DNA from: Pirellulales bacterium | GTDB lineage: Bacteria > Planctomycetota > Planctomycetia > Pirellulales > PALSA-1355 | Direction: 5' to 3' | Length of the DNA: 64,000 nt | Assembly: GCA_963733035.1 (NCBI GenBank) | Contig: CAVTBU010000009.1 | Coordinates: 280,022-344,021 of the forward strand | Shown: in pieces, positions 10,616 through 20,084 of the stretch | How the letters are laid out: each line of letters begins with the position of its first letter | How positions within the stretch are numbered: position 1 is the stretch's first letter | Notes under the pieces: model-generated | What the model was told of the DNA's origin: nothing | Databases searched by the model: none | What the model saw: only the letters and a program-made list of their open reading frames with translations | Program-made: the position numbers and the translations under genes

Positions 10616-12166
10616 ATGCAGAAGGCGCCGAAGGTCCTGATTCTGGCTGTGCTTGCGCACGGGCTATTGCTTTACTGGTTGTGGTGGCATGGCTTTCCGC
10701 GCCCGACTTCGGACACGATCGCCTTCAAGCAACCTGCCTACATGCGACTGCATACGCCTTTCTTCAGCATCCCAAGCTACGAAGGCACTTGCCCGCATTT
10801 CGATAAAGTGGCAAGCTATCCAGCGTGCGTGTATACGTACCTCAACTATCTCGTCTTCCGGACCGTTGGTTTCTCATTGAGTTCCACGCTGGGCACGGAC
10901 CTCGTCATTCACTTCGCCGGCTCTACGCTCGCCGCATTCTGCATTTGGAGGCTTAGTCGCTCCGACATCTTGGCATCACTATTCGTCGGCGCCTCTCTGG
11001 GTTGGCTGATGCCGATTGGTCGCCCAGAAGAGTTGGGGATGCTTTTTGTGGTGATCGCATTAATCGGCATTCGCAGTCGATTTTGGATCGGTGCGGCGAT
11101 TGCGCTTGGACTGACGGGTGCCACCACGCCAGGGGCCGCCATCGTGGGCACAATATTGACGCTGGCCTACGACGGGATCTTCAGCCATTGGTCTCGTCCG
11201 TACCTGTTACGGGCCATAACCGTACTTATTGTCGCTCCGCTCCTGTCGCTTGTGCTTTATACGGCATTCATGTGGCCCTATGTTGCCGAAGCGTTCGAGC
11301 AGCATCGCTACCTGATGGACAGCAATTTCTACTTCTGGACTTCTCCCAGGCAGTTAGTCGGCGAAGCTAGGCTGCAGGCGGTCGCCCTGTTCGGTCTTGT
11401 CATCACGGCACTAGCATTCTGCGGTTGGACGTTGAGACGTCGTGTCGACGTTTCGCCTGAACGCGAGATGGTCGTGGCCCTACTCAAAGCATCTGGCGTT
11501 GCGATCATTGTCGGCCTGGCTTTGAATCTCGGCATCGGACGTCGAATGTACGACTATCGATTGTTGACGGCAATTTCGGTTGCTGTGATCTGCATGGGAA
11601 GTTCTCTCCTTCAGAGCCTCTATTACTCGCAGCGGCGTATGATCGCGGTCGTTTCCGGCTTGATTCTGATCGCCTTCACCGCACCGTCGCTCCGAGACGT
11701 GACCCGCTATGCGGTTGCCGGGTACCTGTGGAGCGACGACTCGGTGAACTACGCCGAGGCTGTTCAAGTGGTTCGCCACGTGGTCCCAGCGACCGCTTCG
11801 CTCGGCGGCGGTGGTGAAACCTGGACAGTCGTTGGCGACGGACGCCCCTACATTGCGACTCGGTTCGTGGACGAAGGCCATTGGCCCGATTATCTGATCA
11901 GCGCAACCTGGTCAAATCCGCCGTCATTACTCGAGGACAAGAGTTTTCGGAAGACTATTGAAGACTCGTACGAGGAGGTCACTCCGGCTCCGCAGCGCCC
12001 GCAAAACGGCTGCTTCGTCAGCCTCTTGGGCGTGAAGATCCCGGTTGCTAGAGGCCGCTGTGACTGGTACTTGAGAATCTGGAGACGACGCGACTTACCG
12101 CAGCGATCAATGCCGATACAGTCCGACGATGCTGCGTCATCCGCTCCTAAGGCCAGCGGCAAGTAA
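10616..12166 (+). CDS. Polytopic membrane protein, possibly a GT-C-fold glycosyltransferase
   Basis: About 10-11 hydrophobic segments, a periplasmic loop after TM1 (PTSDTIAFKQPA), GRPEEL, and a soluble C-terminal domain. It follows the UbiA and methyltransferase genes. Confidence 0.5.
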   Translation: MQKAPKVLILAVLAHGLLLYWLWWHGFPRPTSDTIAFKQPAYMRLHTPFFSIPSYEGTCPHFDKVASYPACVYTYLNYLVFRTVGFSLSSTLGTDLVIHFAGSTLAAFCIWRLSRSDILASLFVGASLGWLMPIGRPEELGMLFVVIALIGIRSRFWIGAAIALGLTGATTPGAAIVGTILTLAYDGIFSHWSRPYLLRAITVLIVAPLLSLVLYTAFMWPYVAEAFEQHRYLMDSNFYFWTSPRQLVGEARLQAVALFGLVITALAFCGWTLRRRVDVSPEREMVVALLKASGVAIIVGLALNLGIGRRMYDYRLLTAISVAVICMGSSLLQSLYYSQRRMIAVVSGLILIAFTAPSLRDVTRYAVAGYLWSDDSVNYAEAVQVVRHVVPATASLGGGGETWTVVGDGRPYIATRFVDEGHWPDYLISATWSNPPSLLEDKSFRKTIEDSYEEVTPAPQRPQNGCFVSLLGVKIPVARGRCDWYLRIWRRRDLPQRSMPIQSDDAASSAPKASGK

Positions 12167-12190
12167 ATCCCCGATGACGAGACTTGCGAC

Positions 12191-13931
12191 TTACTTGCGA
12201 CGACCAGCTTCGACCATCGCCAGGAACTCGTTCAATGTTCGCGTGTTCGCTACGTCCTGTTTGGTTAGCCCCGCCCGACGCGCTTGCAGGATTCCGTAGC
12301 GCAGCACGTCGAGTCCGTTCGTGTTGTGGGCATCACTGGAAATGACAATCGGCACTCCCTGGCTCTTGGCCGTCGCGCAGGCCACGTCATCCAGATCAAG
12401 CCGGCGCGGATTGGCGTTCAATTCCAGCATTTTGTGGTGTTCTCGGGCCACGCGGAATACGGCCTCCAGGTCGATTTCATAGGCCTTGCGGCGGTTGATC
12501 AAGCGTCCCGTCGGATGTGCGATGGCCGAAACGTAGGGATTGGCCAACGCGTCAACAACGCGCCTGGTGATTTGGTCACGCGATTGATTCTGCCCGTAGT
12601 GCACGCTGGCCACGACCCAATCCGCCTCAGACAGAACGTCGTCGTCGAGGTCGAGTTCGCCTGATTCGAGGATGTCGCACTCAATGCCCTTGAGCACGCG
12701 AAAACCTCGCAATCGCTTGTTGATTTTGTCGATCTGCTTCCATTGCGCGCGAAGCCGCTTGGCGTCCATACCGCGTGCCATCGTGACACGTTTCGAATGG
12801 TCAGTGATGGCGATGTACTTCAGGCCGCGTTCTTGAGCGGCCGCGATCATTTCCTCGAGCGACGCCTTGCCGTCGGTTTCGGTGGTGTGCATGTGCAAAT
12901 CGGTGCGCAGGTCCGAGAGTTCGACAAGTTGGGGCAACTTGCCCTGGTCGGCCCATTCGAACTCACGGCGAGCCTCGCGCAGTTCTGGCGGAATCCACGG
13001 CAAATCGAGCGTGGCATAGACCTCCTGTTCGGTGCGGCCGGCGATCATGGTCTCCTTCTTGCCGTCGACACGGAATACGCCGTACTCGTTGATCTTCAGT
13101 CCACGGTCCTTGGCGCGCCCACGAACGACAATGTTGTGATCCTTTGAGCCGGTGAAATACTGAAGTGCCGCACCGAAGCTCTCGGCGGGTACGACGCGCA
13201 AATCGACCTGCAGACCGTCGGCCAGGCGAATGCTGATCTTCGTCGGTCCGCGACCGATAACCGTCGCGGCGTCTGGGAACGCCGCAAACCGATCCATAAC
13301 CAGTGCCGGCTGCGACGAGACCGCGAGCAGATCGAGGTCGCCAATGGTGTCTTTGCCCCGTCGGTAGCTGCCCGCAACTTCCAGTTGTTCGATAGCCGGG
13401 CAGTCACTCATCCAATTGCGAATCGCGGCAGCGAACTTATCGGCATCGGCCCAGGCGAGTCGCACGTCGATCGTCTCGGCCAGCCCGATCCCGGCCAGAA
13501 TCGCCTCTTCGGTTTTTGCGCCGAAGCCCTTGAGTTTCCGGACTTGCTCAGCCTCGCATGCCTTCCGCAAGTCGTCGAGTGTCGTGATTTTCAGTTCTTT
13601 GTAGAGTAGCGCGGCCTTTTTGGGCCCCAGGCCCGGAATGCGCAACAACGTGAGCACCGACTGCGGCACTTGGGCCTTGAGTTCCTCAAGCATTGGCAGC
13701 GTTTGGGCCGCACAAAGGGTGACGATCTTTTCGGCCAGATCCTTGCCGACACCCTGAATGTCGGTCAGCTTCCGCTCGGAATCGGCAACGATCGATTCCA
13801 TTTGCTCGGGATAATCGCGGACGGTCCGCGCGCCGTTGCGGTAGGCGCGGCACACGAAAAGGGTTGGCGCCTTGAAATTCAAGCAAGTCGGCGATCAGGT
13901 CAAAGACTTCGGCGATGCGGACGTTGTTCAT
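12191..13931 (-). CDS. polX: DNA polymerase X with a PHP 3'-5' exonuclease domain (frameshift at about 13850)
   Basis: The N-terminus MNNVRIAEVFDLIADLLEFQGANPFRV joins RAYRNGA. HhH motifs GVGKDL and GLGPKK, GSYRRGKDTIGDLD, VDLRVV, YFTGSKDHN; PHP motifs HMHT, DHS, AHP, SDAH. The catalytic Asp triad appears intact. Confidence 0.94.
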
Positions 13932-14011
13932 GCCACGTACTATACGGCATGACGTCAACTGTGTGCCACGGGGGCCGGCTCGGCCGCGCCACGCGGTGAG
14001 GCTCACACGAC

Positions 14012-14052
14012 AAAAAAAACTGCCGGCCGCGATAGGTTCGCGAACCGGCAGT
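14012..14052 (-). terminator. Rho-independent terminator downstream of the 14084-15061 gene
   Basis: Inverted repeat ACTGCCGG...CCGGCAGT (14019-14052) followed on the minus strand by T8 (A run 14012-14019). Confidence 0.75.
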
Positions 14053-14083
14053 CTTCGTTTATCAAAGCTTGTTGGCTCGGCCG

Positions 14084-15061
14084 TTAGTCGGCCACCGCCT
14101 CCCAACCCCCGTTGTCCACCGGCCTGACATCCGCCTTCGCGGGCAACACCAGCGACGCCTGACGTACCGGCCAGCCACTCCGCACTGAAATCGAAGTGGT
14201 TCGATCGCCGTCTTCTGGATCCAAGCCTCGGGGCTGCTCGTTCAACGACGAACTGGTCGGGCTTGAGGTGCCATTGTTGTAGGGGGGCAGCAGCACACGC
14301 GATTGCGGCTGCGTGCCGCTTCCCGTCGAACCGCTGCCGTTGGTCGAGCCGTTTCCTCCGTTGGGAGCAAACGTCGAATTTGACGGGCTCGAAGACGGAT
14401 ACGAACTTCCATTGAGCGACGGATCCGGAGTCGGCGTCAAACTTTGTAGAGTCGAACCCGGGCTGCCCGAGGGACTCGACGTGCTCGGTTGAACAATCGT
14501 GGTGCCGGTCGTCGAACTGTAGCCCGATAGCGACGGTGTTGGCGTTGAGCCGCAACAAGCCGGTGCCGGAGCGGCAACCGGTGCCGGGCTATAGCTTGAA
14601 AGCGTGGGAGCGGGAGTCGCACCGCAACAGGCAGGCGCGGCAACGGGAACTGCCGGAGCGTAGCTGACGACGGTGGGAACTGTCGCACAACAAGGCCTGG
14701 CGACCGAGGTGACCACCGGCCGGTAGGTCGTGTACGGCACCAACTGCTGTTGCGACACATAAGTCGTTACGGGCCGCATGACCGTCGTCGCACGACCGCA
14801 CGCATCGCAAGCCGTCTGCGGCATGTACGACACCACGGGGCGGTTGACGGTCACCGCGCGATAGGCCGTTTGCGGCATGTAGTTGACCACTTGCTGCGGA
14901 GCGCAGACAGGCGCCACCGGAGCATAGCTGGCCACGTACGGGGTATAGAACGTCGTGGTCGGACGCCCGCACCCAAACAGTTTGCAGGCCTCCACTCGCG
15001 TGGCGCCTGTCGCCAGGCAACCGATCGCAACGAGTGCGGCAGTAAATTGACGGCCGATCAT
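14084..15061 (-). CDS. Exported Cys/Pro/Thr/Tyr-rich low-complexity protein (planctomycete YTV-like)
   Basis: Signal peptide MIGRQFTAALVAIGCLATGATRVEA-C, repeated YMPQT/PVTTY/PYTTY motifs, APACCG twice, and a Ser/Gly/Pro tail. Confidence 0.7.
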   Translation of the reverse strand: MIGRQFTAALVAIGCLATGATRVEACKLFGCGRPTTTFYTPYVASYAPVAPVCAPQQVVNYMPQTAYRAVTVNRPVVSYMPQTACDACGRATTVMRPVTTYVSQQQLVPYTTYRPVVTSVARPCCATVPTVVSYAPAVPVAAPACCGATPAPTLSSYSPAPVAAPAPACCGSTPTPSLSGYSSTTGTTIVQPSTSSPSGSPGSTLQSLTPTPDPSLNGSSYPSSSPSNSTFAPNGGNGSTNGSGSTGSGTQPQSRVLLPPYNNGTSSPTSSSLNEQPRGLDPEDGDRTTSISVRSGWPVRQASLVLPAKADVRPVDNGGWEAVAD

Positions 15062-15470
15062 GTTGAGGTACTCCAGACGTGATTCTGCTTGCATCGTTCT
15101 TGTTACCCCGCCGAGCCCGGAAGTTCAATACGCAGGCGAGCTCGCGGCTTCATTTGGTTGTTCTTTACGATTGCGTTGAGTTGCGCTGTGCGGCGCAGTG
15201 TCGGGTCTTGGTAATCTTTACCGGATGGCCAAGCGTTCATTGCCATGAAAGCAACGCTCGCTTGCAGCCAAACACGACTACGCTACGCAACCCAATCGCT
15301 TGCACTAATGTAGATTGAGATCCAGGTCGTGCCGGAAAAAACGGAGAATCTCCGGACGGACGCAGCCCCGTTTTGACATCAAATACAGACATGGCCCGGT
15401 GGTCGGAAGAATCGTTGCTAGCGGCACAACAGACACTTGGGGAACAATTGAAACGATGCCTTGCTCGGTT

Positions 15471-16093
15471 CTATCGAACGCGCCCACCTTGCCGATTTCG
15501 CCGTTCCCACTCGTCGTACAGGCGAAAAAGTGTTTCGCGCAGGTCGCCCCCAGCTGCCCGGCATTGTTGAGCGACCACTTCAGGTTCGAAGGAATCGCGC
15601 GTCTTGGAGAGAAGCATTTCGACGACTCGCTGCGCGGTTGGCAAGTCGGCGTTGGTTTCAAAAAGCCGCGGTAGTCCGGTGGGTCCGTGGGCCGTGACCA
15701 GCAGCCCCCACGCTTTGCGCCAGCAAGCGCATTGAACTCGCAAGCGGTTCCAACAACTCAACTTTTCGTACCCGTCGATCACAATCAAATCGGCGCGGGC
15801 CTTGCTCGCCTCAACCTTCCAACCAAGTGGCATGGCTCGCTGCTCATCGCGGAGACGAGTGCGCCATGGAACTCGACCCGCGGCTGCCAGCGCCGGCTCC
15901 AAGGCCACGAGCAAAGTCGACTTGCCGGAACCATGTGGACCGACAATCTCACCTCGCCAGTTGTTTTGACGCAATCGGTCGATCACTGCCGGGGCGTTTT
16001 CGCCCGGCGGAAACAAATAGTCAATGGCGCCGGGCGCGTAAACCGTGTCGAAAAGGGATTCGAGCGCATCGCAGGAATCGGTATGCGATTCAT
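15471..16093 (-). CDS. Small P-loop NTPase (AAA/DnaA-Hda-like); frameshift at about 16031-16034
   Basis: ATG 16093 overlaps the upstream TGA (ATGA). NPFSTRFTRP joins GAIDYLFPP; Walker A GPHGSGKST, Walker B LIVIDGYE, LLVTAH, GDLRETLFRLYD. Confidence 0.75.
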
Positions 16094-16491
16094 CGTCGGC
16101 TCACCTGCTCTGGCGGAGGGACCGAGCCGAGCTGAAACGGCACGTCCAGAGTTAGTTCACGTCCCTGCCAAAAGAAGACGCGAGCCCGCACGCACCAGCA
16201 GATGCGGAGAATGATGCCGTTGTAGCTGAGCGGACTATTGGGAAGCACGGTGCTAAAGCGGCGCGGCTGATGCAGGTCGACCGGCACGTCATCCGGCTCG
16301 ATTCGCTCGAAGAAGTGGACTGACATGTCCTCGTCGCCCTTGCCCTCGGTGTGCCAAAGGACCGAAAGCTCAAGAGCGCGGACTTCCTCCGGGTTCGCAC
16401 CATGTATGCGCATCTGTCCTGACAACAGTTCACCAGGACGGTACCTCCGCGCATGGTCGTCGAGCGCCAGTGTAAGCCGCGGCTGCATCAT
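16090..16491 (-). CDS. Hypothetical protein with a probable arrestin-N/Spo0M-like beta-sandwich
   Basis: YRPGELLSGQMRI...ALELSVLWHTEGKGDED...FSTVLPNSPLSYNGIILRICWCVRARV. Coupled by ATGA overlaps on both sides. Confidence 0.65.
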   Translation of the reverse strand: MMQPRLTLALDDHARRYRPGELLSGQMRIHGANPEEVRALELSVLWHTEGKGDEDMSVHFFERIEPDDVPVDLHQPRRFSTVLPNSPLSYNGIILRICWCVRARVFFWQGRELTLDVPFQLGSVPPPEQVSRR

Positions 16492-17810
16492 GAGCGCGAA
16501 CCTCCAACCGTGCCCGGGTTGACGACGACCTGAAACTCGCGTTGAAAGTCAGGCTTGCCACGGACGTGGCCATTGACGAGCAGTTTCCAACTCACCTCGT
16601 TATGGTTCGCCAGGAACGAATGCATGGCTCCAGCCGGCACGGCAATCTCACATCGGCTTTCGAAAGGCAGACCCTGCGCGATTTCAAAGTCTTCCCGCAG
16701 AAAGAAACGCTGCTCAAACACGCGCCGCGTTTCGGTGCGGGTATCGGTGCCCTGCAAGAACGTCGTGTGTTCGTCGCAAGCCAACCAGACCTCCAGCGAC
16801 TGCATGTCCAGCCGCCCCGCTTGCGAGAGAAAGATTTCGTAGCTTTCGCCGGGCACCAGGGGGTGGGCCGAGACTTCGATTCGCGTGGGCCCGATGCCCG
16901 TGGCGGCAATGATCTGGCGGCTCATATAGACAGCCAGCCATACGCCGCCGATCACAAACGGCACGAGGGCCGCGGTGAGCCCCCAGTCCGGCTCGCCTTG
17001 AGCAAAGCCCTGGATCACCATCACGGCGAATAGCACAACAATCGCATTCCAACTGACGCAGGCGGCCACCGTGGCCATTAGCTTCCAGCCGGGCGTGGTC
17101 GAGGTCGGCAACCGATACGCCAAGGTGGTGCCCGGACTATTGGTCAGATTCGCTTCGGTCGGGACGGTGGGGAAATCTCGCTCGCCGATCGGCACTTCGA
17201 ACAAGTCGAGATGCGCGGCGCGTTGCTCCAGCGCGCTACGGCGCTCTTCCGAGGCAGTCCAATGCACAAGCGCGTAAATCATCCGCCCACCCCCGATGAC
17301 GATGAATGACAGCGGAATCAGGAGCGAGACATATAACCAGGCGCTATAGCCGCGCACCAGCACCACGCGCCCCGCGTCGAGGGGGTCATACCAACAAGGG
17401 TATTGCGCGCCGACCTCGAAGCGGTCGAGAACCTGCCGCGCTTTGGCTGCGTCCGATGAATAGAGATTTGTGGCATCGTAAACGTTGTCTGCCTCGTAGA
17501 TTCCGTCAGCCGCCTCGTAGCGGACTTTGAATTCCGGCCGGAACATTGCCGAATCAAGCTCGGTCCGAGCGGCACTAGCCGCCGGCGGGCTGCCAATGCG
17601 CTTTGCGAGGACCGTGCACACGGTTTCCTCAAATTGCCGATTCGCCCGCCATTCGGGCCAGACGAGGGCAGCCAGCATATACGCCAGAGCCGCGCAGCCC
17701 ACCACAAAGAAGATCCCAAAAAACAGGGCCTCACCCAGATTGCCTACGGTTTGCGAGCCGGTGCGCCGGTTGCCGCGTTTCTTCTCGTACAGCCTGAAGA
17801 ACCGAGACAA
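16488..17810 (-). CDS. DUF3592-like membrane protein with a C-terminal beta-sandwich domain
   Basis: TM, then FRPEFKVRY...VGAQYPCWYDPLDAGRVVL, TM (DUF3592 pattern), two further TMs and a C-terminal beta-rich domain. The TTG start at 17810 is inferred. Confidence 0.7.
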   Translation of the reverse strand: MSRFFRLYEKKRGNRRTGSQTVGNLGEALFFGIFFVVGCAALAYMLAALVWPEWRANRQFEETVCTVLAKRIGSPPAASAARTELDSAMFRPEFKVRYEAADGIYEADNVYDATNLYSSDAAKARQVLDRFEVGAQYPCWYDPLDAGRVVLVRGYSAWLYVSLLIPLSFIVIGGGRMIYALVHWTASEERRSALEQRAAHLDLFEVPIGERDFPTVPTEANLTNSPGTTLAYRLPTSTTPGWKLMATVAACVSWNAIVVLFAVMVIQGFAQGEPDWGLTAALVPFVIGGVWLAVYMSRQIIAATGIGPTRIEVSAHPLVPGESYEIFLSQAGRLDMQSLEVWLACDEHTTFLQGTDTRTETRRVFEQRFFLREDFEIAQGLPFESRCEIAVPAGAMHSFLANHNEVSWKLLVNGHVRGKPDFQREFQVVVNPGTVGGSRS

Positions 17811-17984
17811 AACGGAAACCCTCAATCGACGCCGCTTGGTGAAGGACAGCCCACCCACGCGCTGTCCAGGAGCGAACCGATCGCGGCTCGCTCATACCGC
17901 CTGTCCCTGCGGGCGGACGACCCATTATAATCCGTTGGCGCGGCACCCATGATTTTGACTTTGACCGACCCAAAGGACAACCGG

Positions 17985-19286
17985 ATGCACAATTTTGTTG
18001 GTTCCCACGTCAACGGGCGACGACAGCGTGTGATTCGCCTGGCCGCGATCGTCGTGCTGAGCGGCGGCCTCGTGGCCAGCGCAACGGCGACCAGGGTTCA
18101 GGCAGGCGACTGGCCTCAAATATTGGGACCACACCGCGACGGTCGCGCCGACGGAGAGCAACTGCTCCAATGGCCCGCATCGGGTCCGCGGCTGATCTGG
18201 CAGCGCGAAGTGGGACAAGGCTTTGCCGGCCTGGCCGTCGTGGGAGAGCGGGCTATTCTCTTTCATCGACTGGGTAACAATCTCGTCGCCGAGTCTCTCG
18301 ACACCGCAACGGGCAAGGCGACCTGGAAAACCAGTTTTGAAACCAACTATCGCGGTTCCATCTCACCCGACTCCGGTCCGCGCTGCGTGCCACTGGTGCA
18401 CGAAGAGCGGATCTATCTCGTGGGTCCTAGTGGCGAGTTGGCCTGTGTGCGGCTTGGAACAGGTGAAAAAGTTTGGGAAAGAAACGTGCATCGGGATTTC
18501 AACGCGCCGGACGGCTATTTTGGCGCCGGCAGCAGTCCGATTGTCGAAGGCGACAAGCTATTGCTGAACGTGGGCGGCCGCGGCGGGGCGGGGATTGTCG
18601 CGTTTTCACTGACCGACGGGAAAACGATTTGGAAATCGACCGATGAAGCCGCCAGCTATTCGTCGCCAGTGGCAGTAGCGCTCGATGGTCAACGGCTTGT
18701 GATCTTTGTTACCCGGCTGAACGTGGTCGCCGTCGATCCCCAGAATGGCGCTGTGAGGTTTCAGTTTCCCTTTGGTCAACGAGGGCCTACCGTCAATGCC
18801 GCCAATCCAATTGCGATCGGTAATCACTTGTTTGTTTCCGCTAGCTACGGCGTTGGCGCGGTGTGGGCCAAGATTGGTCCCAACAGCGCGAGCACTGTCT
18901 GGGAAAGCAACGACGTTATGTCGAGCCAATACACTACGTGCATCGAGAAAGACGGTGTGCTGTACGGCATCGACGGTCGTCAGGACGTGGGCGTGGCGCG
19001 GCTACGCGCTTTCGATCCCCAGACCGGCAATGTCGATTGGACGGAGGAAGGCTTTGGCACCGGAAACCTGATTTTGTCCGGCGACAAGCTGCTCATTATG
19101 AAAACCGATGGGACGCTTGTCTTGGTTCAGCCGTCGCCAAAAACCTACCAACCGCTGGCCGATGCTCAATTGTTTGACACCACCGTGCAAGCCCTGCCGG
19201 CGCTGTCGCGTGGTCGACTATTTGTTCGCGATACCAAGACGCTCAAATGCGTCGCCGTTGGAAAACCGGCGACCAGCCGCCCCTAG
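17985..19286 (+). CDS. PQQ-like beta-propeller repeat protein (BamB-like planctomycete family)
   Basis: Signal peptide, GDWPQILGPHRDG, W-x-R-x-VGQGF, SSPIV, ASYSSPV, PALSRGRLFVRD. Confidence 0.88.
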   Translation: MHNFVGSHVNGRRQRVIRLAAIVVLSGGLVASATATRVQAGDWPQILGPHRDGRADGEQLLQWPASGPRLIWQREVGQGFAGLAVVGERAILFHRLGNNLVAESLDTATGKATWKTSFETNYRGSISPDSGPRCVPLVHEERIYLVGPSGELACVRLGTGEKVWERNVHRDFNAPDGYFGAGSSPIVEGDKLLLNVGGRGGAGIVAFSLTDGKTIWKSTDEAASYSSPVAVALDGQRLVIFVTRLNVVAVDPQNGAVRFQFPFGQRGPTVNAANPIAIGNHLFVSASYGVGAVWAKIGPNSASTVWESNDVMSSQYTTCIEKDGVLYGIDGRQDVGVARLRAFDPQTGNVDWTEEGFGTGNLILSGDKLLIMKTDGTLVLVQPSPKTYQPLADAQLFDTTVQALPALSRGRLFVRDTKTLKCVAVGKPATSRP

Positions 19287-19358
19287 AGACAACGAGGGCA
19301 GACTGCCGGCGGCAGCTACCCTCGATGTTTGATTCCGATTGGCGGTCCGGCGTGAGTC

Positions 19359-19631
19359 TTAGCAGCCCACGGGCTCGCGTTTGGCACGGCGATAGAAGCC
19401 GACGCCTTCCAGGGCCTTGTAGACTTCCTCAAGTGTTTTTTCGCCGAAGTTTGAGATGCTAAGCAGGTCATCTCGCGTGCAATGCAGCAAATCGTTGACC
19501 GTGAAGATACCCCGTTCTTCCAGGCAATTTGTCGTGCGAACGGTCAGGCCAATTTCGGCGGTGCTCATTTCCAAACGAGCGGTAAGATCTTCTGCCTGAG
19601 TGTCGAGCGTGGGCAACTTAACGCGGGTCAT
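19359..19631 (-). CDS. Stand-alone RNA polymerase alpha C-terminal-domain-like protein
   Basis: 90 aa: EIGLTVRTTNCLEERGIFTVNDLL...DLLSISNFGEKTLEEV matches the alpha-CTD HhH pattern (LSVRSxNCL...NxGxKSLxEI). Strong RBS GAGGGAGGGAG. Confidence 0.88.
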   Translation of the reverse strand: MTRVKLPTLDTQAEDLTARLEMSTAEIGLTVRTTNCLEERGIFTVNDLLHCTRDDLLSISNFGEKTLEEVYKALEGVGFYRRAKREPVGC

Positions 19632-20084
19632 CGGGCTCCCTCCCTCAATGAGAAAATAGTTGTTCAACGAGATGGCAGGCGCGCGTGGTTCTCCTGCCTT
19701 GGTGGGCCACTCCTGTTGGCCTCTTCGTTGGCCGGTAATATAGCAACTTCGCTGGAAAATGGTACCGGTTAGAGAAGATTTTCAGGCGGCAGGCGGCCCG
19801 GCATGCTAGCATTCGCTCGGTTCATACTGAAGGGTACGCCGCGTTCGGCGACGTTTGTCGGTACGTGACACGCGGCTTCTGATTGGCGGCTTTGATGTGG
19901 CATGAACGTTGTGCAAACAAGACTTGAACGATTGTCGTTTTGCCTCGGGCGCCGCAGCCCCGTTCGATTCGCACACGCACGCTGGCGGGCTGCCGCCGAA
20001 ACCGCACATGCGTATACTATAAACGTGGCAGATCGATTGAAGTTTAGCACCTCGCATTTCGGCAACTGACAGGGATCTCGGGCT

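Noticed and set aside
19632..19735. Several GGA motifs in the alpha-CTD gene leader as possible CsrA sites
   Set aside because: The motifs are too short to distinguish from chance or the RBS without conservation data.
19898..19914. Possible sigma-54 promoter TGGCATGAACGTTGTGC (similar near-matches at ~13955-13968 and ~63467-63480)
   Set aside because: The required GG-N10-GC spacing is not met.
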